A DNA stretch of 64,000 bases, taken from assembly GCA_028023455.1 (NCBI GenBank), contig JAQFVV010000002.1:14446001-14510000 (forward strand), written 5' to 3'. The position numbers and the translations under genes were made by a program. This DNA comes from Epiperipatus broadwayi (lineage: Eukaryota > Animalia > Onychophora). Positions 11,072 through 24,287 of this stretch are shown one piece after another. The notes beneath the pieces were generated by a model, which saw only the letters and a program-made list of their open reading frames with translations, was not told where the DNA came from and ran no database searches. Numbering within the stretch: position 1 is the stretch's first letter; the number at the start of each line of letters is the position of its first letter.

Positions 11072-13149
11072 AAGATGATAATGCATTAAATATATATATA
11101 TGGATTAATGAGAAAGAAATAAAAGTTTTTTAAAAGAAAAAAGGAGAGGAATACAGTTTATTGGATTTATATGAAGAGAATATTATTTTTTAGAACATAT
11201 ATACATTTAAAGAAAAAAAGAAGGATTTATTGTTAATACTAAAGAAAATATTTTAACAATGATGATAATAATTTAAATATATATTTTTCATAATAAACAA
11301 ATTTTAAATTTTTATCGTAGAAAAAAATAAACAGATTTTAAAATTAACAACGTGGTTTCCTGTTTAAAAATTAAAGGAATGTTTATATATATAAAAAACT
11401 ATATATGACCTTTGGAATCATTAAAGATTATAACAATGATATAATAATAGAATAAAATAATGTTAAAATGAATCACAAAATAGTTTAATATTAAAATCTG
11501 TTTATTTCGACAGTAATATTACTATTAGAATTTATTTTAAAAATTTGTTTTTACAAATAAATATCTCTATCATTATTTTAACGTACATTGCAAATGTTAA
11601 TAATACATATTTGTTTTCATGCAGTTAGTAGTATGTAAACTCACTATGAGTCAAAGATAGCTTTTCAAAGGAAATGCCAATGATTTTGTTCACTAACAGC
11701 TAGTACAAATGATGATAGTATATATATATATCATGCAATGCCTCATGGGGAAATCTCTTGTAACATTAGAAAGTTAATCATTCTCAAAAAACTTTTAACA
11801 AATGTAAATATATTAAATTTATTAAGCGTTAGCAGATGATTTTTAATAATAACGTGAAAGGCTAAAACCGTCAACAGAAGCGCCAGTCATTATTACATCT
11901 GATTGGCTGTCACATAAGCATTTTAAGATTATATAAATCATATCAGCATTAATGAGGTAAATGATATTGGGTATATCTGCTTCTTTGATAATAATGCATG
12001 GTAGAACATTTATATGCTTTTTTACACTTCTCATTCCCAGTGCATTGTTTTTTTTATGAAACATTATTTATCTACATGTCAATTTTTAGGAATGAGTGTT
12101 CGAGAGATTTCTCATTCATATTTTACTCTGGTTAATAATAGACAAATGTTCATATATCTGTCAATAATGAATGTTGATTGCTTTTCACTATGGCCTAGCT
12201 AATTAAAGGAATAATTTCTAAGTCTAATTAAAACTCGGTTTTAAGTTGATCTATCCAGGATGGCTAATGTGGTTGCTGTTTCTGCAACAAGAGATCATTT
12301 TTGAGTTAATATTAACATTATTAAAAATAGTCAAATTCGCATTTACATTTTAATCTTTATGAAGATTTGATACAATGTCAATCTATGATTATTACAATGT
12401 GTCTCAAATTTTTATTTTTATTTTTCGACAATACATTTGAATATTTGCAGTTTTACAATTATTTTATTTTTCAATACATGTTTAACTTCTTTGGAATTTT
12501 TTTTTATATATTATATGTTTGGGAATTTATAATTATAATGGATATTTTTGCATATTCTACAACTTTTCAATCTAAATGTGACTAAATGTTGAAGGAATGA
12601 TATAATAAAGTACCATTATATATATAGTAACAGGATCATGATGAGAGGAACTGCTAGGTCACTAATTATTATTGTGAATATTATTCTAGGGAATAATTAC
12701 CTGTTTGTCAATGAGTGATAGAGTACAAGATGGAGTGACTATAGTCTCAAATTTTATTCTATTTAATTATAGCCATGGATAATGATCAGATTGAATTCTA
12801 CATCAAATACAAGTCTTCTCGCAGATCCAGTCATCTTTTTTGATCAGCATCCACCCACATATATATTATTATTATTGATACCAGATGGCTATCTACATTT
12901 CCATTTTTATCTGTTTTTGCTTTTTTAAACACTACTTTGATGTCATGAAAGAATACTGGGATAAGTAATCAATCAGTTAAAGATTTATTTAGAAAAATTG
13001 TGATTTATAATAATAATAATAATAATACCTATGACTTTCAATATGTAATTTATATCCTGTTACCATTAGTTTTCAATGATAAGTACTTTCTTTGGGTAAA
13101 CTTTTAGTAGTATTTGGTTGTTTTTTTTTAATTTCCAAAAAATGTCAAT

Positions 13150-13740
13150 TGTAAGTTTTCAAGGTTTACAGCAGCTTACAAAATTGATTGTCTTAGAATT
13201 TCAAACCTTCTTTGATTTGTAATTGACAATTTGTTTTGGAATGTGTAAATTTCTTCTTTCTTATTAACTTTTTAAAAAAATGAGGGGAAAGAGAGGGGGA
13301 GGGGAGGAGTGATTGGTATATGTAGTATTACCTAATTCAAGCAATCTGTTTTGATTTATAATTGACAGATTTGGTTTGGAAATTTTGTATGATTTTGTCT
13401 TTAAAATTTTTTGAAAATTTATTTCTTATTGGCTTTCTAAGAAATAAAAAGAGGTGGGCATTTTGATTGGAATTGACAGATTTGGTTTTAAAATTTAATG
13501 TCTTTAAAAATTTATAATTTTTTTCTTTCATATTAGCTTTTTAAAAAGTAAAGAGAGGGGAGGGAGAGGTGCACTGCATGTATTACCTAATTCAAACCAC
13601 TTGTTTTGATTTGGAATTGACAGATTTGTTTTGCACATGTTTTGTTTTTAAAAATTTATAAATATCTTATTTTTTATTGGTTTTTTAAAAAGTGAGAACA
13701 GAAAGAAAGAGAGGGAGGAGGGGAAGGGTTATTGCTTTGT
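13150..13740. repeat. Degenerate tandem array
   Basis: aattgaca[g/a]ttt[g/t]tttt recurs near 13220, 13360, 13470 and 13615, with purine-rich blocks and gtattacctaattcaa repeated. Confidence 0.6.
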
Positions 13741-14594
13741 GGACTTTGATTTACTTACATTCAATACAAATCCAATCAAACACTCCAAATAAAAATAAAC
13801 TGGATGGTTATACAACAAACAAAAAAAGCTTAATATCAAAGCATTTTTAGATACTTTGGTATTAGAGTTGCAATTTTGGGGAAATAGGATGCCTTTTCAC
13901 ACCCTCAATAAATGGGTAATGTTGCAATGATGTCAAATTAAAAGGAAATAAACCCCATGAGTATACATGTGGGAATGTGTTTTTATCTATCATCATAATC
14001 TCTTTTTTTTTGTAATACTTTGACATTTTCAGTTATTGTCCAGATTATTTTCTGCCATACTTAATGATATAAAAGAAATTGTTAAAAACCTAATCAAAGT
14101 CTCATAATTAATATGTATTTTTTTTGTGGTTTTTGTTCTTTTTTTGGTTTAATTTGTTTATAAAAGAAATACATTTATTAGCATTTCTGTTGAAAAATCC
14201 CAGTATACTTTGCAATCATGTGCTACATTTTTGGAGGGAAATTTTTTAATAGAAATCTCCATTTTCTGTGGTAATATTACATGTGAAATGTTTTGCTTCA
14301 AGTGACAATTACTGTTGTATATTATACAGTAAGTATCATATGAGTATACTCAATGTGTTTTTATAAATATTTAAAAACCAAAATCATTTACTGTTTGTTT
14401 AGTGTGTATTTAAACTAACAATTTTTTGTGTAATGCAGTCATTTCATTAAGATTGCTAATCACACTTTTTTTTTCAAATGTTATTCTTAAAAGTTGTTAG
14501 TGTTCAAGTCATACATATTTGAATGTCTTGTTCAAAATCATATATTTCTTATTGAAAATGATAAATATGTTTATGTTTTTACTTTTAGTTATTT

Positions 14595-14855
14595 TTAGTT
14601 CTGCAATACGGAGCATGTATAGATCTATTGCACGTTTTTCACATTTGTATCAATCCTTCCCCTGATAACATTGTAAATCTTACCAAAATATCATATACAA
14701 GATCAGTTTACACTTTTTTTGCCAAAAAAGTCATGTACAAGATTCATGTACACATTATTTTAGTCAGATCCCAAGATTACAAAGTTATCAGTGGATTGAT
14801 ACAAATGTGAACAGGTGCAATAGGTCTAATACATGCTTCATGTTGCAGCTCTAAT
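14595..14855. repeat. Foldback/MITE-like inverted repeat
   Basis: Imperfect ~70-bp arms at 14601-14669 and 14784-14848 (tcacatttgtatcaatcc / ggattgatacaaatgtga). No TSD identified. Confidence 0.7.
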
Positions 14856-17444
14856 ACCAAAGTACCCATATTTATTGATTTGGATTTTTTAAAAATTACA
14901 AAATAATACAAACATTTAAATGAAAAACAAGACTATCATTTTCAAAAACATTTAAAATCAACAACAAATTTTATTTTGAAACTAAATTCTAATAAGTTAA
15001 AATAAACATTTCTTGTACTACAATGACAGGTTGTAAAAATATTTCCTTTTTTTTAATTTTGACTATTTTTTTAAATTCACATTGGAATTTATAAAAAATA
15101 AAAGTTGGCTCAAAAAAATCTGTTAATAAAAACTAATTCTAAGAGATTTTAGATTATACAGTAAATTTATACATTTTGTCATAGTATTATTTACTAATAT
15201 AAATCCCAAGTTCAGACTATAGTCCCCCCCACACACGCACACTTCCCTCACTTGAAAAAGAATTTTCTGAAGTTAAAAGAAAAGGGATCCAAATTTCCAA
15301 ACCAATTTTTTTTCCAATTATAAATAAGAAAATGATTATTTGAAATTAACCTACATTTTGTAAATTGTATATTTTTGGTTTCCCCCCATATGATCTCATC
15401 TTTCTTTCACTCCTCAATAACCTGTCAATGAATATTTATACAAGAGATTTTAAATTAAACAGTGAATTTATAAATGTAGTCATATTAGTATTACCACTAG
15501 AATAAATTGTCATTTTTGCAAAGAAATCTACAATTTCTCAATTAGTCATTCCAGTGTTTAAAGGTACAATTAAAGAGAAAATTCGAATGTTGATAGTAGA
15601 TTAAATCAGTATCTTATTTATTCTACAGTTAAATGTTTAAACTAATTTTGTTAGAAATACTAAGTCAAAATATTTTTATTCTAAGTATTGAAAGATAATA
15701 CTTGTCTTCACATGAGAAATTGATGATGAGAAACAATATTTTTAAATAATTTATTTACAACACTAAAACATAAATAACTTAACATCTTTTATATTTAAAT
15801 ATTTGCGTATTCAATATAATGAATTCTATATGGCAAAAAGAAAAATTATTTAATATGAATCTGATAGATCATTCATATAACAATTTTTTGTGATATTTAA
15901 AGTGAATGTTTTTAATTCTTTTATATCACATGACATTATAACAATAACAAAAATATCAATGTGTTAATTTTTTAATGTAAGAGGAAAATGAGTCTTTTGC
16001 AAATATTTATTTATTATAAGATCATTTAAAATAATCTTATCACATTTTTCTTTGATTTTATTTGTCAGTTGAGCTCAACAAATATGTGATGCATTTTCTT
16101 CCACATTTAAAATATTAACTGTCCATTTACATTGAGATCTCTGGATAAATCATAAAACATTAAGATTTTCCAAACAACAAGAAGTTTTTTTTAGTTGTGC
16201 TATGTAAAGATGATAATGAAATAAATGCTTAATATGGGCATTAAGATCTCTCTGGTCATTATTCACACATTTTCCTGCCTTCACATACCCATAATAAAAT
16301 CTAGAAGTTCCTGCTGATACTATTTCTTTTAACTGTTCTTAATAAATGTTTAATATTTGTGCCAGTTTTTCATTTAAATATTCCTCTTATAATTTGTTTA
16401 TTTTTTTAGACTTCTTTACTTTATACAATTATTAGGTTTTTGTTATAGCATAGCAAATAAATCTGACAATGGTAGAGATACCTAGGCATTTATTTTTCAT
16501 ATTGAGGCTCCATAAAGACTACATTTTCAGAAATATGGAATAATCACTTCATTCTAATTTTTACCCCATCATGGTAAATAAATTTGGATAGGATGATTAC
16601 AAATCATTTTTACAGAGCTATTTTGTGAGCTATACAAAACTGGTAAAACAAACAGCTATGGGTGACATGAATGGTTCTTTTTTGTTGTTGCCTAGCAACA
16701 TTTAAAATTCCCACAGCAACTATAAAATAATCTCCCATCATCTGAAAATTAACCTATGTTTGCATTATTAATTTTCTCTATTAACATTTAATAATTTTAC
16801 AAACAATTATTTTATTTTCAAATCAAATTTTAAAAGTAACATTTTTCATTTCTTGCAAATTTTCTTTTTTTTTTTTTTTTTTTTAAAAAAAAAAGGTTTT
16901 TAAATTTATTTATTTTAGAAGTTATACATGTGACCCATGACAAAAAGGTTATAATATATATTTATTGTAACAGAATAAAAATGAACCATGAAAGAATGGT
17001 TCTGGTTTTCAGTGACATTTGTAACAGAATAAAACTATAGCCTATCTGTTGATCCCCATTTGTAATGGATTGGAAATAAAGACAATGATAATGGAATAAT
17101 ACTGTCTTATTAATAATAATATATCTCTATTGAACAAGCTATTTGTTGCAGAATAAAAATGATAACTAAGGATGAGGAAAATAAATTTTAGTATTTCCTC
17201 ATGAATTGACACCGTTTATTATGATCTAAGGCTATTCTAAATGTTAAATGCTATTTATAACTGAATAAATTATTCATGAATGGATAAAATAATGACCTTA
17301 GTATACCTTATAAATTTAGAAACTATTTGTAATGAAATGAAAATGATAAAATAAAAAATCTGCAAACTTGAAACACTAATTCTAACTAAGTAAAGTTTAA
17401 TCCAGTAGTTAATCACAAATGATAACTGAATAAAATGAAAATAA

Positions 17445-17762
17445 TTTTTTTTTTTTTTTTTATTTAAAAAACTATATTTACATTTGATTCAGTACATACA
17501 TCGTAACAATCATTACTTTAAAAAATAAATTAAGTTCAAATGTATCAAGTAAATTACATTATCTCCACCTTTCATTTAATCAGTGTTCTGTAAGAGCATT
17601 CAGCTCCACATTTCACACCTTGTAGGAACATAACCACCCCATACCAATAAAAACGTTTTTCTTGGCCAAAATTTCAAACCTTTATAAAACATGTCATCCC
17701 ATTCTTTTTCCATTTTTTTTTTCCAATATATCTTCTTGTTATCAAAGATGAGAGCACACCTA
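17445..17762 (-). mobile_element. 5'-truncated copy of the L1/Tx1-type LINE at 60302-64000
   Basis: 17-nt poly(A) tail (T-run on +), then 301 bp with 2 mismatches to 60311-60611. No convincing TSD. Confidence 0.95.
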
Positions 17763-18292
17763 ATAAAGTAATAATATCTCAACAACAGTAATATGCTCTT
17801 ATTAGATAAATCACTTGTAATGGAATGAAAGACTTAATGATGATAAAAGGCTTTATTAACCTACAGATTTACATATATTAATCCATCCATAATAAAATAT
17901 ATAAAATTTTCTCTTTTAAAACCCGATAAATTTATAACATTAAATTGTAATAAAAATAAAATATCTTAATACTAAACTACAATAAAATACAACACACATG
18001 ATCAGTTAATATAGCATACCTCTCTATCTTTGCCATTTTATAATAATATAAAATAAAAATCAACGCTTTAAACTTAAAGTTTATAATATTCAATCACGAT
18101 GACTTTATCTAAAGAAAAGATTCCTATTTGACACTTATACAAATACTATTAACAAATTGTCTTTCAAACCAACAAAGTCTAGTTATGTAACTTTAAATTA
18201 TCATTACCCTAATATTCATAATATATACCATATACTCCACAATTTACACTTCACAATGCACTTTTAACATATGATTTATTCTATCTCATTTT

Positions 18293-18330
18293 GCTTACAG
18301 TTTCAACTGTCCAGCAGTCATCATCAGAGC
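18293..18330 (-). ncRNA. Minimal type I hammerhead ribozyme
   Basis: GCT-CTGATGA-T-GACTG-CTGGA-CAGTT-GAAA-C-T-G-TA-AGC; identical to the partner arm. Confidence 0.75.
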
Positions 18331-18435
18331 TACAACATTTAAACATATACAATTAATTACCTATTCACACATATATACCAATACATATACACACATGCAT
18401 ATACATATATATATATAATATAATAAATAAATGTA

Positions 18436-18473
18436 GCTCTGATGATGACTGCTGGACAGTTGAAACTGTAAGC
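18436..18473 (+). ncRNA. Minimal type I hammerhead ribozyme
   Basis: Stem I GCT/AGC, core CUGAUGA and GAAA, an extra U after A9, stem II GACTG/CAGTT, near-palindromic stem III ACTGT. Predicted cleavage after GUA at 18470. Confidence 0.75.
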
Positions 18474-19829
18474 GAGAGGAGATAAAATAAATCACATGTT
18501 AAAAGTGCATTGTGAAGTGTAAATTGTGGAGTATATGGTATATTATATTATATATAATCCAGCAATGCAAATAAGAAGAAGTGAAAGGAAATTTTAGTAC
18601 CCTAATATGTCTAATATTATTAATAATCTATTATAATCAAATGCCAAAGTTTAGTATTTAAATTAAATTTATGATCTATATTAATATATATATCTACAGT
18701 ACAGGCTTTTTAATATCTGCACTCCAATACGTAATATAAAGGGAGTTTGAACTCAGACTTTCACATAACCCTCAACTATCCATACTATCTCATACTGCTG
18801 ACACACTTGATCACACACCTGTTGAAAAGATAAACAATCACCAATATACATATTTCATGCTAAACCAGCACTCATCAATGAACTTTAAATTTAATCAAAG
18901 TAAATCATTCTTTTTAATGGGATTCAAATAGCAATTTCAATATATGCTATTACCAATTTTATAATATAATAAGATTATCATCTTTATAACTAAATACTAA
19001 ATTGCTATAATATTCATCCAATAAATAATTTAAAAGAATATGCAGGCATCTGATCATAGTTGCCTTTGTGGTCTCCAAATAATTAATATATGTGTACATT
19101 ATAGACTATTAAACTAGCTTAGATATAAAATTTTATCCAAAATAACTATTGAATATAATTAACAAAATAATTATGATAATCTGCTAATTACTTGTTAAAT
19201 ATCTAGCAATACCAAAACAATTAATTTGTTACTATGTAAAATTGTTTACCTGGTTTAAATGATAATATATTGGATTTACCATAAAAAACAACAACATGTA
19301 ATTGTACAAACATCAATCCCATCTTATAATTCGTGGATTGTTTTATGACTATTTGTTATAAATCATATGGTGTAAGGCAATACATAATTATTATCTCTCA
19401 AAATATTATTAGCGAACAGGTTTGCATTATGAATTAAAGGACAACTAAAGCAAGTTTATTAAGTGAATTGAAAATTTATTAACAATAAATATAAAAAAAT
19501 AAAATAAATGACAAATAGACAATAAACATTCAAAATATATACTATAATCAAATATTATGGGTTAACTCTGTTACTGGCTCCCCGTCTTTTATTTCCATTT
19601 TTCTAGTTTGGGAAACTAAACCTTCCTAAAACTATTCAAAGTTAAAAGAGCAATCTCTTAAGTCTCTTTCCATGCAAGAATTATGTCACCATCTGTCAAC
19701 AGGTAAGGATAATTACAACTTTTCATTATAATGCTGAGAAAATTAGATCACGGCCATTAATCATTCTAGAGATTTCTATGGTAAGTTTGCTTTTTAAGAA
19801 GAAATTGGATTTCACTTTGCTTTCCTGAC

Positions 19830-20570
19830 TGAATGAGGGAGTTCAGATGTTGGGAAGGTTTCTTGGGGTCTAAATCCCAGTTCTTATGGAGGGATGGACT
19901 GGGAGGACACTGTGTGATTGTTACCAAATTGGATTTTCTTCCTAGGTTGGGAAAACATAATAATGTTACTTCTTGTGGTTTTAGTGCTTTTGTTGTAAAC
20001 CAGAGACTTTACCTTTGCTGACTGAGTGGTAGACTCTGGTGGTTGGGATGGTCCCTGGGAGTCTAAATCACAGCTCTTATGGTGTGGGGATTATTACTGA
20101 CTTAGACTTTTTCATTCATAAGAAAGCAATTGAAGTATTACTTATTGCGTTTTTGGTGCTTTTGTTATAGACCAAACATTTTACCTTTGCTTTCTGAATA
20201 GGATATGGGGGTTGGGAGAGTCCCTGGGAGCCTAAATCACAGTTGTTTGTGGAGAAGAACTGGAAGGAAGGTGTTAAGTGGACTGTTACCAATTTTGATT
20301 ATCTCATTCATGAGGTGGCAATTTTGGCATTATTGTGGTTTTGGCAATTTTGTAATAAACCAAAGATTTCACCTTGGTTGTCTGGGTGAGGGGATCTAGT
20401 AGGTGGGGGGGTTCCTGGGAGCCTAAATCATGATTATTTGGGGAGGGAACTATGAGGAGGGTAGTAAGGGGATTGTTACCGATTCTGATTCCCTCATTCA
20501 TAAAAAAGCAATAGTCGCATTACATATAGTGGTTTGGATGCAGTTATTAAAACCAGAGACTTTCCCTAGT
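19830..20570. repeat. Four-unit degenerate tandem repeat with strong strand asymmetry
   Basis: The anchor ggg[a/g]g[t/c]ctaaatc has its taaatc at 19871, 20064, 20233 and 20424 (periods 193, 169, 191). Confidence 0.8.
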
Positions 20571-21628
20571 AAAGAACAACTTTGCTGAACAGTAATTTAT
20601 TTTGGTCTGCATCTGAACATTGCCTTAGGACATCTCTCAAGCACTCACTCATCTATCTTAAATTGGAATGCATATAATAGACTCTCAAAATGTTATTCAT
20701 TATCGAAGTCTAAACTTCATAGATCATCTCTAATTACAACAATCAATCACTACCAATTATTAATTAGCACATGAAATAAGACCACCAATGGTTAATCAGC
20801 CTATGCACTAATGCTCCTGGTTTTCATTGGATCTCAAGTCATTGAAACAAGATAGACAAATTCAGTTCCTGGAGTCAGTTTTGTATTATACAATGTACAT
20901 CAATGGTGACTCTTGGGATTAAGAATTGATCTTTATATAACACATAATGTAAGTAGATGGCTCAAGGAAATATACTAAGGCTCCTGACTTAAAAAATGAA
21001 AGAAAATTTCACAAGCCAGCCAAAGAAATTCCTGGAGTTTTCTACTATGATTAAACCTTTGAAATAAAACTACTGTTTCACTATCTCATCAACTGTCTCA
21101 GTGACTGTCCTTGGGATAATAACCGAAGAGATACTACTTCATAACTCATTGCATCCATCTTAAAAATTCTATCCTCCACTCTGACATCTATATTACCGCT
21201 TGCTGTTTTATTAATTTCAGAGAAGTCAATCTGTGTACTTCATACTATGTTGGATATATATATATACCTCATTTTCTATTAAAACTATACTCCTTTTTTT
21301 TGAACTGCAAATATGAACTCCTTAGATTTGTTATCTATAATAGAACTTCTATTATGGCCCCAAAACTTAATATCTTCTTTTATATCATCATTAATTCTGA
21401 GATTTGAACATTTATCATTAGATTACATAATCCTTAGTATATAAAACTTCTATGAATAAAAAATATAAGTACAACTTCCAACCTAACATATGAAGAAATA
21501 TGCACATATAACACAAATATAAAATGTCTACAGCCTGATCTATCTTTTAAACATATCTTATGATGAAGTTATGAATTAATTTCTGAGGGAAACATATATT
21601 AAACACCAATATAAGACATTATGTGTAT

Positions 21629-23260
21629 TGTACCAGTCACTTAGATCTTCTTTTGATCACCAAGGGTGTCACTAGGTCTCAGACTACCTAGAAAATTTAA
21701 TTTACAGTGATCCCAAAAGTTAATGATGATGAATAATGCTACCAGCTAGACCCAGAGAGAGAGAATGAAATCTTTAGCATTGTTCAGACAATTGAAAAAA
21801 GAACACAGAGACAAACAGCCCAAAGTAATTATAAATAATTTTAAAGTTTATTAAATTTAAAAAAAAATATTAGTCAAACAAAATATAAAAATTTGATCTA
21901 GATATCTCCAACGGATTTATCAGAGAGTGTACAAGAGTATTGCCATCAAACACTTAGACAGATAAGTTCATTTTCTCACTTAAGAATTGAAAAGAATTTA
22001 TAATGTCTTCCTGCTAGCGATTTATATAAGCAAATTTCAGTTTTCCTTTATTTAGAGATTTCAAAAGAAAATCTTGCATAGAAGTCAATGAAACAACACA
22101 GAGCAATATTTTTCTATAACTGAGAAAACCTTGAGATTATTAGAGTGTCATTTGCCCACAAACACCTGTGAATAGTCATGTTCAAGACCACCAAGGTCGA
22201 TTCTGTTAAGAGAGAAAGAAAAGATTATGATATTATGTAATTGGAAATATAGAAAAATCAAAATCTTTACTGACTAAGAAAAACAGACCAATATACTTGA
22301 TAAACCGCTATCTAAAAGATTTGCAGTCTGCAGGAAATGCAAACCAAGATTGTCAATATTAATGATAATGCAAAAATGTGGGACAGGTGAGTTAAAAAGT
22401 AAATTACTACTATCTGCACAAGTATTTGTCAAAGATTAGTAATATAAAAGAGAAAAACATGAACTACAAAATATAAACTCGCAATACACTCTTAGACAAA
22501 TACATTTAAAATATGAAGTCATAAAACTAAGAATCAAATACATATAACAAATAAAATACATAATACAATAATTAGTGTTTAAATGAATATGCAAAACTTA
22601 TTATAGAGACAGGTTTCTTTTTAGATGAAATTAACATAGAGATTTAAGCCCTGGTTATGATATGAAAATGTTCATTTATCTTGAGGTATAATGTTCTGTC
22701 TGGCTGATTTCTTCCAGTGAGATAGGCAAAGGTTAAATCTGCATAGGGTCCTTTATGAAGGTTTTGATTTACATTTATATGTTCGGGAGGCTGGAGGCAA
22801 TCTTTGGAATCAGTTCTGGTCTAGGCTTTTAGGTCATGTTCTTGAAGTGCAATTATGGAGCTCCAGGTCTCTGGGTTGATTTAGCACTGCATATTGTTGA
22901 TTTCTCATGATGTGTATTTTTGGCATGGTAAATGGACGATTGCTATTAGCATGGCAAATGGTAAATACTATTAGCAGTTTGCAAAAATCAAACTTTGGCA
23001 ATCTAAGTTGAGCAATTAGAAAATGTAAAAATTTAGAATCACTTTGAATAACAAACACAATAAAAAGTTGAATAATAAGAAGCAGAATAATAAATCAGTC
23101 AAATACCTAGGACTATTTATGTGAATTGTTATTTCCTGCCTAATTTTTAATTAAAAGTTTTGACCAGGGTAAATCTCTATCTCTCACTTAATCTTAATTA
23201 AAAAAACAATATCTGACCAGGGCTCTTATCTTATTCAAAATTAATTTAAAAAATAAATGA
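21629..23260 (+). repeat. Unclassified ~1.6-kb interspersed repeat, copy 2
   Basis: Colinear with 25069-26845 from TGTACCAGTCAC to ...CTTATTCAAAATTAAT (roughly 80% identity by eye). Confidence 0.85.
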
Positions 23261-23807
23261 GAAAATATGTCTCAACTTTTAAAAATAGATTAAAATCAAC
23301 AAAATAAAAAGAAACTTTGCTCGTGGTTAATTAGTGTAATGAAAAAAAAACAAGTGTCCAAAGAAAATTATTTAAAACTAAAATCTATTGAAAAAGTAAA
23401 ATCACAGAATTTTAAATATAAACAAGTATGTACATTATTGCACATACTCTTAATACAAAAAAATAACATACAAAACTTTTAAATACTTTTTCTTTAAAAA
23501 CTTTATAAATATAAATGTTAGTTTTAATTATGCGATGGAACTTTTGAAGTGGCTAAAGTATCCAGTTCAACTGTCCCATCTTGCCACCAAAAAAAAACAA
23601 ATAAAACATTTCTGTTTTTTTTTTTTAAAAAAACCTTTAAACATTTTAAAAAAACCTGACTAAATGTTTACCCTGTATTCTGTCTAGTGAGATATTCTAT
23701 ACTAAAAATATATATATTTTATTCTCTTTACTTTATCCCATTTTCATAATCATGTATATATGCATTTTTTTAAAAAAGTCTGTCCAATTACTATAAATCT
23801 AAACTCC

Positions 23808-24287
23808 TTAACCTTTGTTAGACAGTTCTTTTTCTCTTTTAACTAGTTCTCTGTTATAGGTTACTTTCCTCTTCTTGTCTTTTCCTTGCTCATAATTTTT
23901 TATCTTGTCCCTTTCATGCTGTGTTTTATTTTCTACCTCATATATCTAAAGGCGATTTTGCTGAGCCAAACTCCGTATTTCTTCTAAGGGTCTCACTTTA
24001 TTATTGATCGCATCAATAATAGTAAATGGAACAAATCCATTTTCTACAGTATTTTTAAATGTTTTAAATAAGATTGCTCTATAAGTAGCTTCTATTTCTG
24101 CTTTAACATCATATTTCCTAAACTTTTTCCTAACTATTTTCTTTGTTTCATATTCATGTTTGAAACAAATGGTTACTTTAATCAACTTATTTTTAGTTTC
24201 TTGTGGAGACTTCTTTACATTATTTTCTGTCTTTAACTTATACCTTTCTTCTATATTTTGATATGCATTTCTAATTTTGCCACTATG
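23808..24287 (-). pseudogene. YLPM1: YLPM1 (ZAP3)-like C-terminal domain fragment with an in-frame stop
   Basis: IVRKKFRKYDVKAEIEATYRAILFKTFKNTVENGFVPFTIIDAINNKVR aligns, from memory, to YLPM1 VKKKVMEYEYEAEMEETYRTSMFKTFKKTLDDGFFPFIILDAINDRVR. TAG at 23946-23948 replaces the E of GFEVY. The P-loop is eroded to HSGK. Confidence 0.8.

Larger units (their letters stand above)
7495..11190. repeat. Large palindrome, probably Penelope-like termini, with its right arm split by three nested insertions
   Basis: The left arm 7495-7904 pairs with 7919-8103 + 8231-8240 + 10880-11190. The central loop is about 12-14 nt near 7905-7918. Both arms carry a decayed hammerhead motif. Confidence 0.7.
18223..18543. 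mobile_element. Mini palindrome of Penelope-like terminal repeats
   Basis: 112-bp arms (18223-18334 and 18432-18543) with 5 mismatches and a 97-bp spacer. Each arm reads outward as hammerhead then AATAAA-like signal. The Penelope-like call is inferred from the hammerhead context. Confidence 0.7.

Noticed and set aside
16960-17440. Leucine-rich-repeat-like coding array from the recurring atttgtaacagaataaaa motif
   Set aside because: Irregular period and stops in the frames examined; treated as a degenerate AT-rich repeat.
21070-21095. Hammerhead look-alike on the minus strand (TTGATGA-GATAGT-GAAACAGTA)
   Set aside because: U3 with G8, no stem I pairing, and no supporting context.
20600-21450. 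DIRS-like RT/RNase H remnant (LRINDDIKEDIKFW, minus strand)
   Set aside because: One short motif with nothing else recognisable.
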